A stretch of 64,000 nt of DNA from Callorhinchus milii (taxonomy: Eukaryota), in NCBI RefSeq assembly GCF_018977255.1, contig NW_024704742.1, positions 116,624,001 to 116,688,000 on the forward strand. The letters are read 5' to 3'. The notes below the pieces were generated by a model, which was not told the DNA's origin, did not search any database, and saw only the letters and a program-made list of their open reading frames with translations. Every line of letters begins with the position of its first letter. Positions within the stretch are counted from its first letter, which is position 1. Positions 52,026 to 64,000 of this stretch are shown one piece after another. The translations under genes were made by a program, and so were the position numbers.

Positions 52026-53995
52026 TTGCAATTGCAATTTAGCAATTTTACATCAATATGGAAGAAAGTTGAAGTTTAGTATTCAAACAGAGAAAAACAA
52101 ATGAAAGCACACAGCTCAAAATATCTTCATAAACGTGTTAACAAACAAGGCATAGCACCTTCAACCTCTTAGTCAGGCAAATGGAAAACCAAATCCGTAG
52201 CCTGAAACAGCTCGAACTGGAATCAGTTGGGGATGATTCCTGAATTCCCAAATGTGAGTTAATTGCTAGGTCACAGAGGAAATGGACAAAAGGTTCCAAC
52301 TGTTATGGCAGGTAGGAGATGGCAGATGTCCATTGCTCTCATTGTCGGGGTAACCACGACATAGGTTGACGTTCTTAAATGATTTCATTAACTACCAGAT
52401 ATTCTTATTCCCGTGATATCTTATTCCCAATGGAACTAGTGAATAGGCATTACTTTTTAGAGATGATCAATTGGGAAATAAACATCTTGTGCTGGGGGAA
52501 GTAGTGGAGTGAAATTCAATCTCTTATGTGTGTCGCTCAGTAAATTCTCCACTCATGTTAAAAAGATTAAACCACACTGACATCCCTGAACATATGAAGC
52601 ATTGTACTGAAACTCACACAGTTGGAGTAATAGAATATTCTATTCTTTGTGTGCAGTCTACTGGAGAAGATGTGTTCCTTTCCTCTGGTGGTTTGGCAAT
52701 AAGTATAAATAAAATTACTTCCACTGGAGCAGCAAAATCATTTTTCATTTTACAACAGTTTATTAAAGTAACATGCACATATAAAATTGTTTCAAATGTA
52801 AACTAAAAAGTGCACAAAATTGTATCTCAACCTCTTGTTATTTTTGAAGTGTTTCAAATACGCTGTATTTGAAACACTTCTACGCTACGCTGTATTTGAA
52901 ATGCGCTGTATTAAATGCAAGGATTCTTATTATTGTGACACTGAAGAAATAACTAATATCATAATAATACAGCTACTAAAACATCTGGAATATTTTATTA
53001 ATGCAGTAGAAACCTACTGAAGTAAATACAAAAGCACATTTTAAAATGAAACATATCCATTTGAAATTGAGATAAAGTGTAGCATCTCAACTATTGCCCT
53101 GGCTCACATCAGCTAAAGTTGCACTCTGACAGAGTATTGCGATTCCCTTAACACTTCAGTGAGGAAAAACTGCGTCCCTCAAATCTGGTGACATCCCTTC
53201 TTAAATGAATACTAAAAGCTCTCACAATCTCTGTTGCTTTGAAAACATTGTGGTTCAGTTTGATCTCGCGAGACTTCCCAGGTTGCATATTTTCCCAATG
53301 ACAAGTGTTGTCAGCCTGGCTCAGTCGATTAGCACTTCTACCTCTGAGTTAGAAGTTTGTGGGCCAATAATAATTCATTGATACCCTGTTCTTGTGCCAG
53401 TTCTAACACAAGCATGTTCTTCGCAAAAATGTTTTTTAAATGGCAACTCTTCAAACTAATGGGCTTGTATAATACAAACCAAGGAGTTTGTTGCACACAT
53501 TAGAACAAGTTCCAGTCTTAGAGAAAATTGCTTCATGATGCTTCATAAATAAGGTGATTAATAAAGGCTGCTCAATTTATATTGTAATATGTTGGGAATA
53601 GAAAATTGCCGTAGTATATAGCACTTTCACTTAAGCTTATGGGCTGTAATAAATCTTGGTCTAAGTTTATTGTTACCTTTTCAAAGATTGGAATAAAATA
53701 ATTCTTTCATTTGATATAGCATCTTATCACATGGTCTAAACTGGGTGACATACAAGTCATTGGTCATTCATTTCATGGCTGTTTGTGGGACGCTGATATG
53801 CATAAATTCGCTGACACTTTCACCTACAAAATACAATCATTACACTTTTTAGTAAAATCCTGTGAAACACATTGAGATGTTTCAACATCCCACAACCTCT
53901 CATCTCTTAAGACGTAGAGAAGGAAAGGCGGCAGGAATCAAGCAAAGATGTCAGCTTGGCGCAGGTAACAGCAGTTGCACCTGGGCCAGAACGAT

Positions 53996-54315
53996 GTAGT
54001 TTCCTGTAGCTCAATGGTTAGATCACTTGTCTTGCAAGTGAGAGAATCAGGGTTTAATTCCCGGCAGGGCGAAACGTTGAGCAAGTTTCCTTACTACAAG
54101 CCTCTGTTTAACTAGCAGTAAGTAGGAACCCAGTTGTTAGTTAATTGGCGGATCGCCTTTCCAGGGGTAGTAATCCCTTAAAAAGAATGATTTGGTGACT
54201 TAATCCACGACACAAAGTGTCAATTGACTTTACAGTATATTCTGTGAAGCGCTTTGAAACGTCTCGAAGACGTGATTAGGCCCTATATCAAATGCTAGAA
54301 TTATTATTATATTAT
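53996..54315 (+). mobile_element. tRNA(Ala) SINE, long subfamily with internal deletion
   Basis: Head and internal segment present; most of the Deu-like segment is missing. Confidence 0.85.
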
Positions 54316-56603
54316 AGATTGAAGTGGGCACGAGCTCAGGGCATAGGCTGACATTCGAGTGCAGTATTAGGGATGTGCCATCAATATGGGAGACGCTGTC
54401 TTTCAGGTGAAATTTTAAACCTAATCTAATCAAATCTCATGCTTTATTGAAAATGAGATTCAGAGTTTCTCCACATCAAGTAAACGGTGTCAGTTAAACC
54501 TGAAATAATTGGCATCATCTTGTGATCACCAATGGTAACATCTTTATAATCTGGTATCTTCAATGGCTAGTACACTAAAAAGGATCAACTGAACATGAAT
54601 GGTCTTAACATTAAATAATAGTTCAGGATTGGGATTTTTCCCTGTTTATTTTTTCACCGGTTTCTTTTTATATGCCAAAAATAATAGTAGCAAAACCTGC
54701 AAAATTAGCAAAAGTTGCTATCAGCATGACAACTTTCGATTTGTGGATATAGTATATGATATGATGTGTCAGCCTGGCTCAATTTATAACAGTCTCATCT
54801 GTGATTCAGAAGGTTGTTTTAGCCGAGAAGCCATCAGGCATGAAGGGCATTATATAAATGCAAGTTGCTGTTTAGTTTTAAGCCCCACATCAGGACTTGA
54901 AACCCATGTAATCTATGCTATCACTTCTGTACAGTATTGGGGGTCTGCTGCATTGTCGGAGGTGCCGTTTTTTCAGATGAGACCATAAACTGAGGTCCTG
55001 TCTGCCTGTGGACATTAAAGATCTAATGGCACTATGTTAAAAAAAGTGGAAGTTTCTCCTGGTATCCTGCCCACAATCCCCCACTGTTTTCATAGCTGTT
55101 TGTTGGATATTTCTGAACCAAATTGAATGTTCTGTTCACCCGCAAAATACAGTCACATCACTTTGCAGTACATCGTGTGAAGCGCTTTGAGATGACTCAA
55201 AGACATGATAAGGTGCTATGTCAAATCTTCATCCAGGTCAATCTTGAGATCCTGTGATATAAGAATTAAATTATGATATAATCTCTATTAGTGCCTGTCA
55301 AGCCTGCTTTATTTTGGTCAATTCTCATCTGAGCCACTAGATGGAGTTCAAAGCACTTCCTTCAAATCGAGAAGCCTGCTTCCTGGCCGTCACAAGTACA
55401 TATGTCCCAAACTACCTCTGAATCAAAGCAATCTGGACTGCTTAATATCTCTTGTTTTGTGTGCTGCTCTGGTGGCTGATTCAATGCTAAGTTTTTATTC
55501 CAACCTCTGTTCAGTATGACATTCTGACAAAAGATTTATACACCAACCTAAACCGCTACTTACCGCCTTTGTCAAACAAGAATAATTCAGCTTTTATATA
55601 TAATATATAATAATAATCCTTGCATTCGATATAGTGCCTTACCACATTGTTGTGATGTTTCAAGCTCTCCAAGGCATATACTGTAAAGTGGATTGATTGA
55701 TTATTTGGGGGCGAACCATATACAGTATGTTTAAACCTTGCATAAAAGTAGGCTATATGGATGGCTTATAGAGTTTTGCCAGTGAGTAGCTGAGCAATAC
55801 AGCCAAGGAAGATCCTGGGTTTGATCTTTCTGGCTCAGACAATTGGGAGCATTATATTTATTATAATAATAATCTTTGTAATTGATACAGCACCTTATTA
55901 CATTGTTGAAATGTTTCAAAGCACTTCACAGCATTTAGTGTAAAGTGTAATGACTATGTAGGCAAATACGGCAGACAATTTTTAACAATGTCATGCAAAC
56001 AGCCTTGAAGTGAATAATTTGAGGGATTGTTGACTGGAACACTGGTAGAAATTCCCTTCTTTTCTCAAATAGTGCCATGAGATCTTTAGCATCCACCTAA
56101 ACAGTTTAACGTCAAATCTGAACGATTGCACCTCCAACAAAGGAGCGATTTTCCAGCAGTGTCCTGGAGTGACAGGCCAGATTTGGCTCAGTCCTTGGGT
56201 TAGGGAGCGGGGAAATCAGCCTGAATTCTCACATGTGGTCCGTCTCTAGTAATCACTACCGGATGTGCATGCGTGTATGACCATTAGGACAGGATAGAGT
56301 AAGGTTTTGCACTTTGGGATCAAATAGCTTGTTTACAAGACTTGTACATGAATGGTGGCTGCTGCGTGATGTTGTCCTGCGATGGGAGGATGTTGAAGTG
56401 GATATTCTAAGGATGAGATCTGAGGGGCTGAAACCTCTCTAAACCTCCCTGATGATCTTGTGAAAATTTACTGGAAGTCGATCAGCATCTGAAGGAGAGA
56501 GATACAATAATTTGTTTGAGTAACCCAGCTGCGGATTTACAACATTTTCTGGTTTTCCCCCCCGTTTCCCTTCTTTTTATCTCTTGTTCATATTGTGAAA
56601 GTG

Positions 56604-57318
56604 AACATAAGAATATAAGAAATGCTAAGAAATTCAAAGTCATGCAGCTCAGTAGTTAGAGCACTTGTCTCGCAAGCGAGAGATCAGGGTTAGATTCCCG
56701 ACAGGGCGAAACCTTGGGCAAGTTTCCTTACTCCACATGCCTGATAATAATTCCTCAAGAAAAAATAATAAAAATAAATAATAAATAATATTAAAAAAAA
56801 TTTGGTCACTCAATCAACAACTGTTTGTGGGACGCTGCTGTGCGCAATGCGTTTCGCCCACAAATATACAGTAATGCACTTTACAGTATATTCTGTGAAG
56901 CGCTTTGAGACGTCTAGAAGATGTGAAAAGCGCTATATCAAATGCAAGGATTATTATTTTTATTATTATTTTTATTATTTTTTTATTATTATTTTATAAC
57001 AATAATATTACATGAAAAAAGACCAAGGTCCATCTAATTCGGCTTCTGCCTTCCTGGCGGTCGCAAGTACATATGTCCCAAACTACCTATGCACTATATC
57101 TCATAATGTTAACCTGTGTTTGAAAGAATCAACACTTCCTACTTCAACCATCTCCCTAGGGAGCCTGTTCCATAGGTTAACTATTCGCTCACTGAAATAG
57201 TGTCTGTGTAGATTTGTTCAGATGCTGAATTTACCCCCTTCAATCACAGGCCGTGTCCTCTGGTTTTACTATTCTGGACAAGTTGAAACAACCTGTCATG
57301 TTCTATATTGTCGAGCCC
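56604..57318 (-). mobile_element. CR1 3' end interrupted by a SINE
   Basis: Same 3' sequence as the 31311 and 61050 copies, split by the SINE at 56640-57010. Confidence 0.85.
56640..57010 (+). mobile_element. tRNA(Ala) SINE inserted in CR1
   Basis: Head, Deu-like segment and an extended T/A tail. Confidence 0.85.
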
Positions 57319-57319
57319 C

Positions 57320-57535
57320 AATATGACCACATGTGACCTGGTGTGGACGGGAGAAGAAACCATGTCCTGAGATGTATTGTTGCCAGTTCATTAAGAACAA
57401 CGCAAGTGCAGTCCCACTAAGGTGGAAGAGGGAAGAGAGGCGGTGGAGGAGGATGGTTTGATTGACTGTGTCGAACGCGCCGGAGAGGTCCAGGAGAACA
57501 AGGAGGAAGAGGGAGCCCTGGTCACAAAGAGAAAG
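57320..57535 (-). mobile_element. L2 RT internal fragment
   Basis: CDQGSLFLLVLLDLSGAFDTVNQTILLHRL translation. Confidence 0.85.
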
Positions 57536-57782
57536 GGTGTGCAAACCATGCTTTGGAGAATGTTGGCAGTAAAGTTCAAGCATTTCCTCAAAAAATGTGA
57601 ACTGTATTTGCACCCCTGAGCTAAAAACCTTTACGTAGCAGTGTCAGCAAGTACTTGTGTTTCAGTTCTTCTATAGTTTGTTCTTGTACAACCGAGGCCG
57701 TATTATCCCCTGCACTCTTAAGATTTGCCTTCACTCCCCTATGCTTGTCTGGCTCTGCTGTCTCCCTATTCCCACGGATTGA

Positions 57783-58022
57783 AAGGGCGAAACCTTGGGC
57801 AAGTTTCCTTACTCCACACGCCTAATAATAATCCCTCCAAAATAAAACAATAATAAATTGGTCATTTTCAATCCACGACACTGCTGTGCGCAATTGGCTG
57901 TAGCGTTTCACCCACAAATATACAGTCAATTCACTTTACAGTATATTCTGTGAAGCGCTTTGAGACGTCTAGAAGACGTGAAAAGCGCTATATCAAATAC
58001 AAGGATTATTATTATTATTATT
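57783..58022 (+). mobile_element. 5'-truncated tRNA(Ala) SINE
   Basis: Begins at AGGGCGAAACCTTGGGCAAG and ends in (TTA)n. Confidence 0.85.
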
Positions 58023-58534
58023 GACTTTAAGATCCTCATCCTTACCTTCAAGTGCCTCTACAAACTTACCCCACCCTACCTCTGTGATCTCCCGCAATCC
58101 TACTTCCTTGTCACTCTCTCTGCTCCACCGTCTTAGGCCTCATTGACCTGACCAGTGAGCTTTCAGCCACTTTGTCCACATCCTTTGATGCTCTCTTAAA
58201 CAAATTATATTTTGGGGATTTTATATACAACAACAACCTGCATTTTTTGCATTTATATAGCGGCCTCCACGCTGGACAGCATCTCGGAACACTTAATATA
58301 GTGTCTCTATAGTGTCTTTTTTTACATCCAAGGGATACTGCAAAACATTTCACAAGATTTATTGTACAATCTTGCTGAAACCTGTTTCCTAACCATTTCT
58401 GCTTTGAAAACCGCCTTAAAAACTAGCTCTTTGACTATGCCTTTGCCAAATCTCTGCTTTATCCCTCCAGTTTGAGTTCCTACTGTCTTTCTAAATCAGT
58501 TTGAGCCATTTTCCTACCTGAGAGGTGCTAAAAA

Positions 58535-60551
58535 ACCTCGTTATCGACCTCATGATCACCCACGGCCTTAACATTTCCAACCTCAGCTTAGTGGACAGGG
58601 CCATCTCAGACCACTTCCTCATCTCCATCCCTCTCTCCTCCACTAAGTCCTCAACCATCCTCTACCGCCCTTGGAAAAGGCTACCCCCTGAGACCCTCAC
58701 AAAGGCCCTCGCATCATCAAACATCCTATCCCTCTGGCCTTCCACCCGCGGAGACCCTGAAGCAGCCATCCAGCTGGTCCACGATCGCCTTTCCTCCACC
58801 TTCAACTCCCTTGTCCCCCTGAAATCCAGGACCATCTCCAAACCCACCTGATCCCCCGGTACAACAACCATCTCCGCCACCTAAAAACCCAAACCCGGCT
58901 GCTCGAGTGCACATGGCGGAAAATTGGCCTGACAGTTCACCGCCAACTGTGGCTCGAGCATCTCCACAGCTACCGCCATTCCTTGACACACGCAAAAACG
59001 GCCTTCTACTCCAACATCATCTTCGAGGCTAAACACAACCCTAAAATCCTTTATTCCACCACCCACTACCTCCTACGTGACCCCCTCAGGCCTCCTTAAT
59101 CTTCACATCAAATGCCAAGTGCGAGGAGGTTATGGCCTTCTTTTCATCTAAAATTCACAACATCCGCCAGGCAGCCTCATGCATCTGCCTCTTGTCACCC
59201 ACCACCACGCCCTCTTTGTCCCCCTCAACCTCCCCATCATCTGCTCCTACCACCACCCCCATCCTACATTCCTTCCTTCCCATCTCTCCCTCCTCCCTCT
59301 CACCCACAATCACCTCCATGAAACTCACTACCTGCTGCCTCGACCTAATCCCCACCAACTTGCTGGTCACCCAGCTCCCCCTCCTCTGTCCACTACTGCC
59401 TGACGTCATCAACCAGTCCTTCTCCTCCGGATCAGTTCCTGCCCCGGTCAAAACTGCTGTCATCACCCCCCTCCTCAAAAAACCTTCTTGGGATTCCTCA
59501 AACCCCAGCCACTACTGCCCCAATTCTAATCTGCCCTTCCTCGCAAAAGTCCTAGAACGCATTGTTGCCAATCAACTTCGCGCACACCTCTCCTCCCACT
59601 CCCTCTTCGAACCCCTCCAGTCCAGTTTCCGCCCTGCCCACAGCACAGAGACTGCACTTGTGAAAGTCACAAATTACACCCTCTCTATCTGTGACCAGGG
59701 CTCCCTCTGCCTCCTTGTCCTCCTGGACCTCTCTACCTCATTCGACACAGTCGATCACACCATCCTCCACCACCTTTCCTCCGTCATCTACCTCAGTGGG
59801 ACCACACTCGCCTGGTTCGAGTCCTACCTCACAAACCGCCAGCAGTACATCTGCACAAACGGCTTCTCCTCCCGCTCTCAAATGGTCACCTGCGGGGTAC
59901 CCCAAGGATCCATCCTTGGCCCCCTCCTCTTTCTGATCTATATGCTCCCTCTTGGGGATGTCATCTGCAGACATGGGGTACATTTCCACATGTACGCGGA
60001 CGACACCCAACTCTATTTTTCCACCTCTCTTTGCGACCTCCAGTCCCCTGATGTTTTGTCAGCCTGCCTGTCAGATCTCAGGGGCTGGATGAGCGCAAAT
60101 TTCCTTCAGCTGACCGTTGACAAGACGGAAGCCATACTCTTTGGCTCTCGTCAACATCTAAAATCTCACGGTTCTCACCTCCTCCACCTACCTCCACTCC
60201 TCCACACCCCCTACCTCTTTGACCTCCTCTCTCCTCAAAACAGTACCCGTTGCCTTTGTTCCTCTGGGTCTAGCCTCCTCCTCGTCCCTCGAGTCCTCCG
60301 CTCCACCCTCAGTGGCCATGCGTTCAGCCACTATGCCCTGAGGTGCTAGAGTTCCCTTCCTCACTCCCTTCGCTTCGCTCCCTCTCTTCCTATTTTCAGG
60401 TCGTTGCTGAAGACCTTTCACTTCGACCGTGCCTTTGGTCACCTTCTTCCCCATCCCCCTGGCTCAGCCCCAGGATCCGTTACTGTAAAGCACTCTGAGC
60501 CTCCTTCCAGCGTGGAGGACACTATATAAATCCAAGTTGTTGTTGTTGTTG
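58535..60551 (+). mobile_element. L2-clade LINE, truncated and internally deleted
   Basis: End of the APE endonuclease (DLMIT..AISDHFLI), RT motifs GVPQGSILGP and YADDTQLY, (TTG)n tail; the segment after the RT is missing relative to the 8410-10635 copy. Confidence 0.93.
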
Positions 60552-61049
60552 TAAATAAGTGTAAATTGTGGTTTGTTGGTGTTATTTGCAATATTTTTCA
60601 AATCAGTTTTTCCTCCTCTCCTGAACACATACAGATACTTGTCCTTTTATTGGGTTCCATGGGGGCAGGTGACTCCTGGTCCTCACTCAAGTGACTATTG
60701 TTCATGTGCCTTCAGCTGCCCTCCTACCCCCTTTGCCCTCCCTCATCCCAACCCTATTGGTATTTACTGTCATTTTTTGGCACTGAGAAATGCTAGCACT
60801 GAAAAAAGCTGGTAAATGTCGGTACCTAGCATTGTAATTACACTTAGCTAGAATTTCCGGCTCGCCAAATGAGATCTCCCCATCGGTCCAGCCAGCGGGG
60901 TGTTAATGTAAAGAAGCAACAAACGGTAACACAACCTCCATAAAACAAAGGTTTTTGGTGATATCTTCTGCATTCATGAAGTCTCACAGGATTTGTGGTG
61001 GTGTTGTGACTGTATCTTACAAACATGAAAGCTAATTTGCACAGTACTG

Positions 61050-61688
61050 ACATAACATAAGAACATAAGAAATGCTCGACGAAAAAAGACCAAGGTCCAT
61101 CTAGTTTGACTTCCACCTTCCTGGCATTTACAAGTACATGTGTCCCAAACTACCTATGTACTATATCCCATAATTTTATTTCCTAAAAGAAAACTATCTA
61201 TGTGTTTGAAAGAAACAACACTTCCTGCTTCAACCATCTCCCTAGGGAGCCTGTTCCACAGGTTCACTATTCACTCACTGAAATAGTGTTTGTGTAGATT
61301 CATTCTGAATTTACCCCCCTTCAATCATAGGCCGGGTCCTCTAGTTCAACTATTTTGGACAAGTTGAAACAGCCTGTCATGATCTATATTGTCTAACCCG
61401 TTTAGAATCTTAAAGACAGCAATCATGTCACCTATTAATCTTCTCTTTTCCAGCGTAAACATGCACAATTTTCTTAGTCGCTCCTCATCATCCAGTCCTT
61501 CCATTCCCTCAATCATTTTGGTTGCCCTCCTCTGTATCTTCTCGATTTCTCCAATATCCTTTTTGTACTGCGGCGGCCAGAACTGAACACAGTACTCTAA
61601 GTATGGTTTCACCAAGGCTTTATGCAGTGCAGGATTACCCCACTATTTCGGCTTGCTATTGATCTTTTGATACATCTCAATATCTGGC
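61050..61688 (-). mobile_element. CR1 LINE 3' portion, same family as 31311-32575
   Basis: LEYCVQFWPPQYKKDIGEIEKIQRRATK; (TTCTTATG)-type tail. Confidence 0.92.
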
Positions 61689-62170
61689 CATCTGGTGAAG
61701 TATCACAACATGTACACAAGGGGGTGCAGTAACACACTTAATGATAGGAAGTGAATTCTTCCATTGGTTACAGCTTTTTCCCAAGATGCACATTGTTGTG
61801 CTTTTTTTTGGTCAGCAGATCATGGCACACGCAGAAACCCATCACCATGCATAAGAGGAATCCAAACCAAACTGAGATTTCCATGTATCGCAACTACACA
61901 TGGAAATTCCAGAGAGAGGATTGTTAGAATGGAATGTGCACTCTCTCCCTGGAGGGATGCATTCTGCTTACCTAAGCGTAGATTGGCAACAGCCAAGGCT
62001 TGGTGACCCCAGAGTGTGTGCTGGGGTACTGCTGGAGGTTAACCAGCTAAAACCGCAGAGCTTGCCATTGATATTGCTGTCTGGCAAGTTTTCCCGCTGT
62101 TGTCTAGCTAGGGCCACCCTACCATTAGGGCTTTGGTTTGCAGGGTTAACAGGAGCTGAGTGGGAAGAAT

Positions 62171-62492
62171 GTGGAGTCCTGTAGCTCAGTGGTTAGAGCA
62201 CTCGCTTTGCAAGTGAGAGACCTGAGTTCAATTCCAGGCAGGGCGAAACCTTGGGCAAGTTTCCTTACTCCACACAGAGCCTAATAATAATCCCTCCAAA
62301 AAACAAAAACAATAATAAATTGGTCATTTTCAATCTACGACTGTTTGTGGGACATTGCTGTGCGCAATTGGCTGCCGCGTTCGCCCACAAATATACAGTC
62401 AATTCACTTTACAGTCTATTCTGTGAAGCGCTTTGGGACGTCCTCCCGACGTGAAAAGCGCTATATCAAATGCAAGGATTATTATTATTATT
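62171..62492 (+). mobile_element. Young tRNA(Ala)-derived SINE with 6-bp target-site duplication AAGAAT
   Basis: Full-length copy; AAGAAT at 62165-62170 and 62493-62498. Confidence 0.93.
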
Positions 62493-62658
62493 AAGAATCC
62501 CTGCCCCAATGATTGGTCTGCTCTTCTAGCTCCTTCCAATGAGCCAGGCTGGCTCTGCCATCATCAGCAGTGCCCCATGAATACTGTGGACCTGGCTGGC
62601 TCAGGAACTGGACTACCGAGCCCTCAATAGAGGGCTGACTCGAATCCGACATTCCATT

Positions 62659-62977
62659 ATAATAATAATAATAATAATCCTTGCATTTGATATAGCGCTT
62701 TTCACGTCAGGAGGACGTCCCAAAGCGCTTCACAGAACACACTGTAAAGTGAATTGACTATATTTGTTGGCGAACGCGGCAGCCAATTGCGCACAGCAAT
62801 GTCCCACAAACAGTCATGGATTGAAAATGACCAATTTATTATTGTTTTTGGTTTTGGAGGGTTTATTATTAGGCGTGTGGAGTAAGGAAACTTGCCCAAG
62901 GTTTCGCCCTGCCTGGAATTGAACTCAGGTCTCTAGCTTGCAAAGCGAGTGCTCAACCACTGAGCTACAGGACTCCA
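62659..62977 (-). mobile_element. Young tRNA(Ala)-derived SINE
   Basis: Reverse complement of 62171-62492. Confidence 0.93.
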
Positions 62978-64000
62978 TTGCCAGGTATGTCACCTTGAAG
63001 CCAGTTCAGCTCCAAGGACAACCCGCTTACCTCCCCTAGGAGAATGGTGTTGGGTCGATGAGGTGCTTCAGGGTCATCTAGGAGTTAGATTTATATAATG
63101 CTGAACTCATGTCTCACGTTAAAATTTCATAAGAAAAGCAAAAATACAAGGAAAATAACAGAGTGTTGAGTAGGTGTCTGGTAACAGCAACCTAGTGGAG
63201 TCAAAAGGGGATTGGAACCAACTTGTGACATATACCCCAACATCACTCCCAGGTCACACAAACCCCTTTTCCAGCTGGGAGTCACCTGTCCAAATGTGAA
63301 CTTCCAGCTCAGGCTTCCAATCATCTGAGTGAAGAGCTTTGAGTCATCCTCCTGACATGAAAGATACTATATAAATGTAAATTGTTGTTGTTGTCCCTCA
63401 GAATCTGAAGATGGATTGTGAAGAAAATGATTTATTTACTGTAAGTATCTTTTGTTGGAATGTGAATTGTCACTGAACATAGCTCTAAGCCTTGCTCCCT
63501 GTACGTAATATATGATCTGGGTGCATTGCTGCAATTCTTGTTCCATATACTTCATTAAAATTGTAATGTACATTTAACAGAAAGAACAAGAAGGAATGCT
63601 CTCCTACTCAATTCTCAGTGTGCATCAAATCACTGGCCTGAGTGATAAGCTTCATGCATCCAGTCAAGTAAATCTGCTTCTGAGGGTGCTTAATCTGTCA
63701 AAAAAGGGGCACATATTGTGTTTACCATTCTTATCTTTATTATTCCTCAGTGAGTGGAATGTGAGCGTTGCAGCAGAAGGTTCAAAGTTTCCTCTAATTA
63801 ATCATTGCTGCCGTCTTCGTCTGAAGGTTTCTGGAATCCCTGTTTTTTTAATGCAATTTGGCCTAACACCCCACTCCCCCCCGGCCACACACGCATATTT
63901 GTTTCTCCTCTGTTACTCATATCCTAATTTTACTTGTGACCACCTTGCCCAAACATACATACCCTTTTTGCACATTATTGTCCCCTCTACTATTGCCCTC

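Noticed and set aside
40400..64000. A second host gene such as the GCNT4 neighbour expected from recalled human synteny
   Set aside because: No long ORF or recognisable exon; the identifiable ORFs are retroelement-derived.

Overview
Eukaryotic (vertebrate) genomic DNA, not prokaryotic. The repeat content (L2 and CR1 LINEs, Deu-domain tRNA SINEs) suggests a cartilaginous fish, possibly a chimaera; this is inference. The left ~11.5 kb holds the 5' coding exons of a minus-strand FAM169A orthologue. Six exons are well supported by GT-AG boundaries and matching phases, two further exons are tentative, and the gene runs off the left edge. A candidate promoter and first exon lie ~27 kb upstream (37.4-40 kb), in a CpG-rich island interrupted by a ~1.1 kb (CCCTCA)n/(TGAGGG)n tract and a ~0.9 kb 20-bp minisatellite. 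The putative first intron carries a decayed CGGBP1-like zf-BED (hAT-type) fragment. The rest is dense nested retroelement debris; no other host gene was found. The best leads are an intact GNAT acetyl-CoA-binding motif in FAM169A, a phase-closed 804-nt exon block flanked by inverted repeats (possible stop-free circRNA ORF), the telomere-variant tract built from splice-donor hexamers, and the CGGBP relic. I cannot claim a demonstrated new system. Repeat boundaries are approximate, and protein-family comparisons are from memory rather than database searches.
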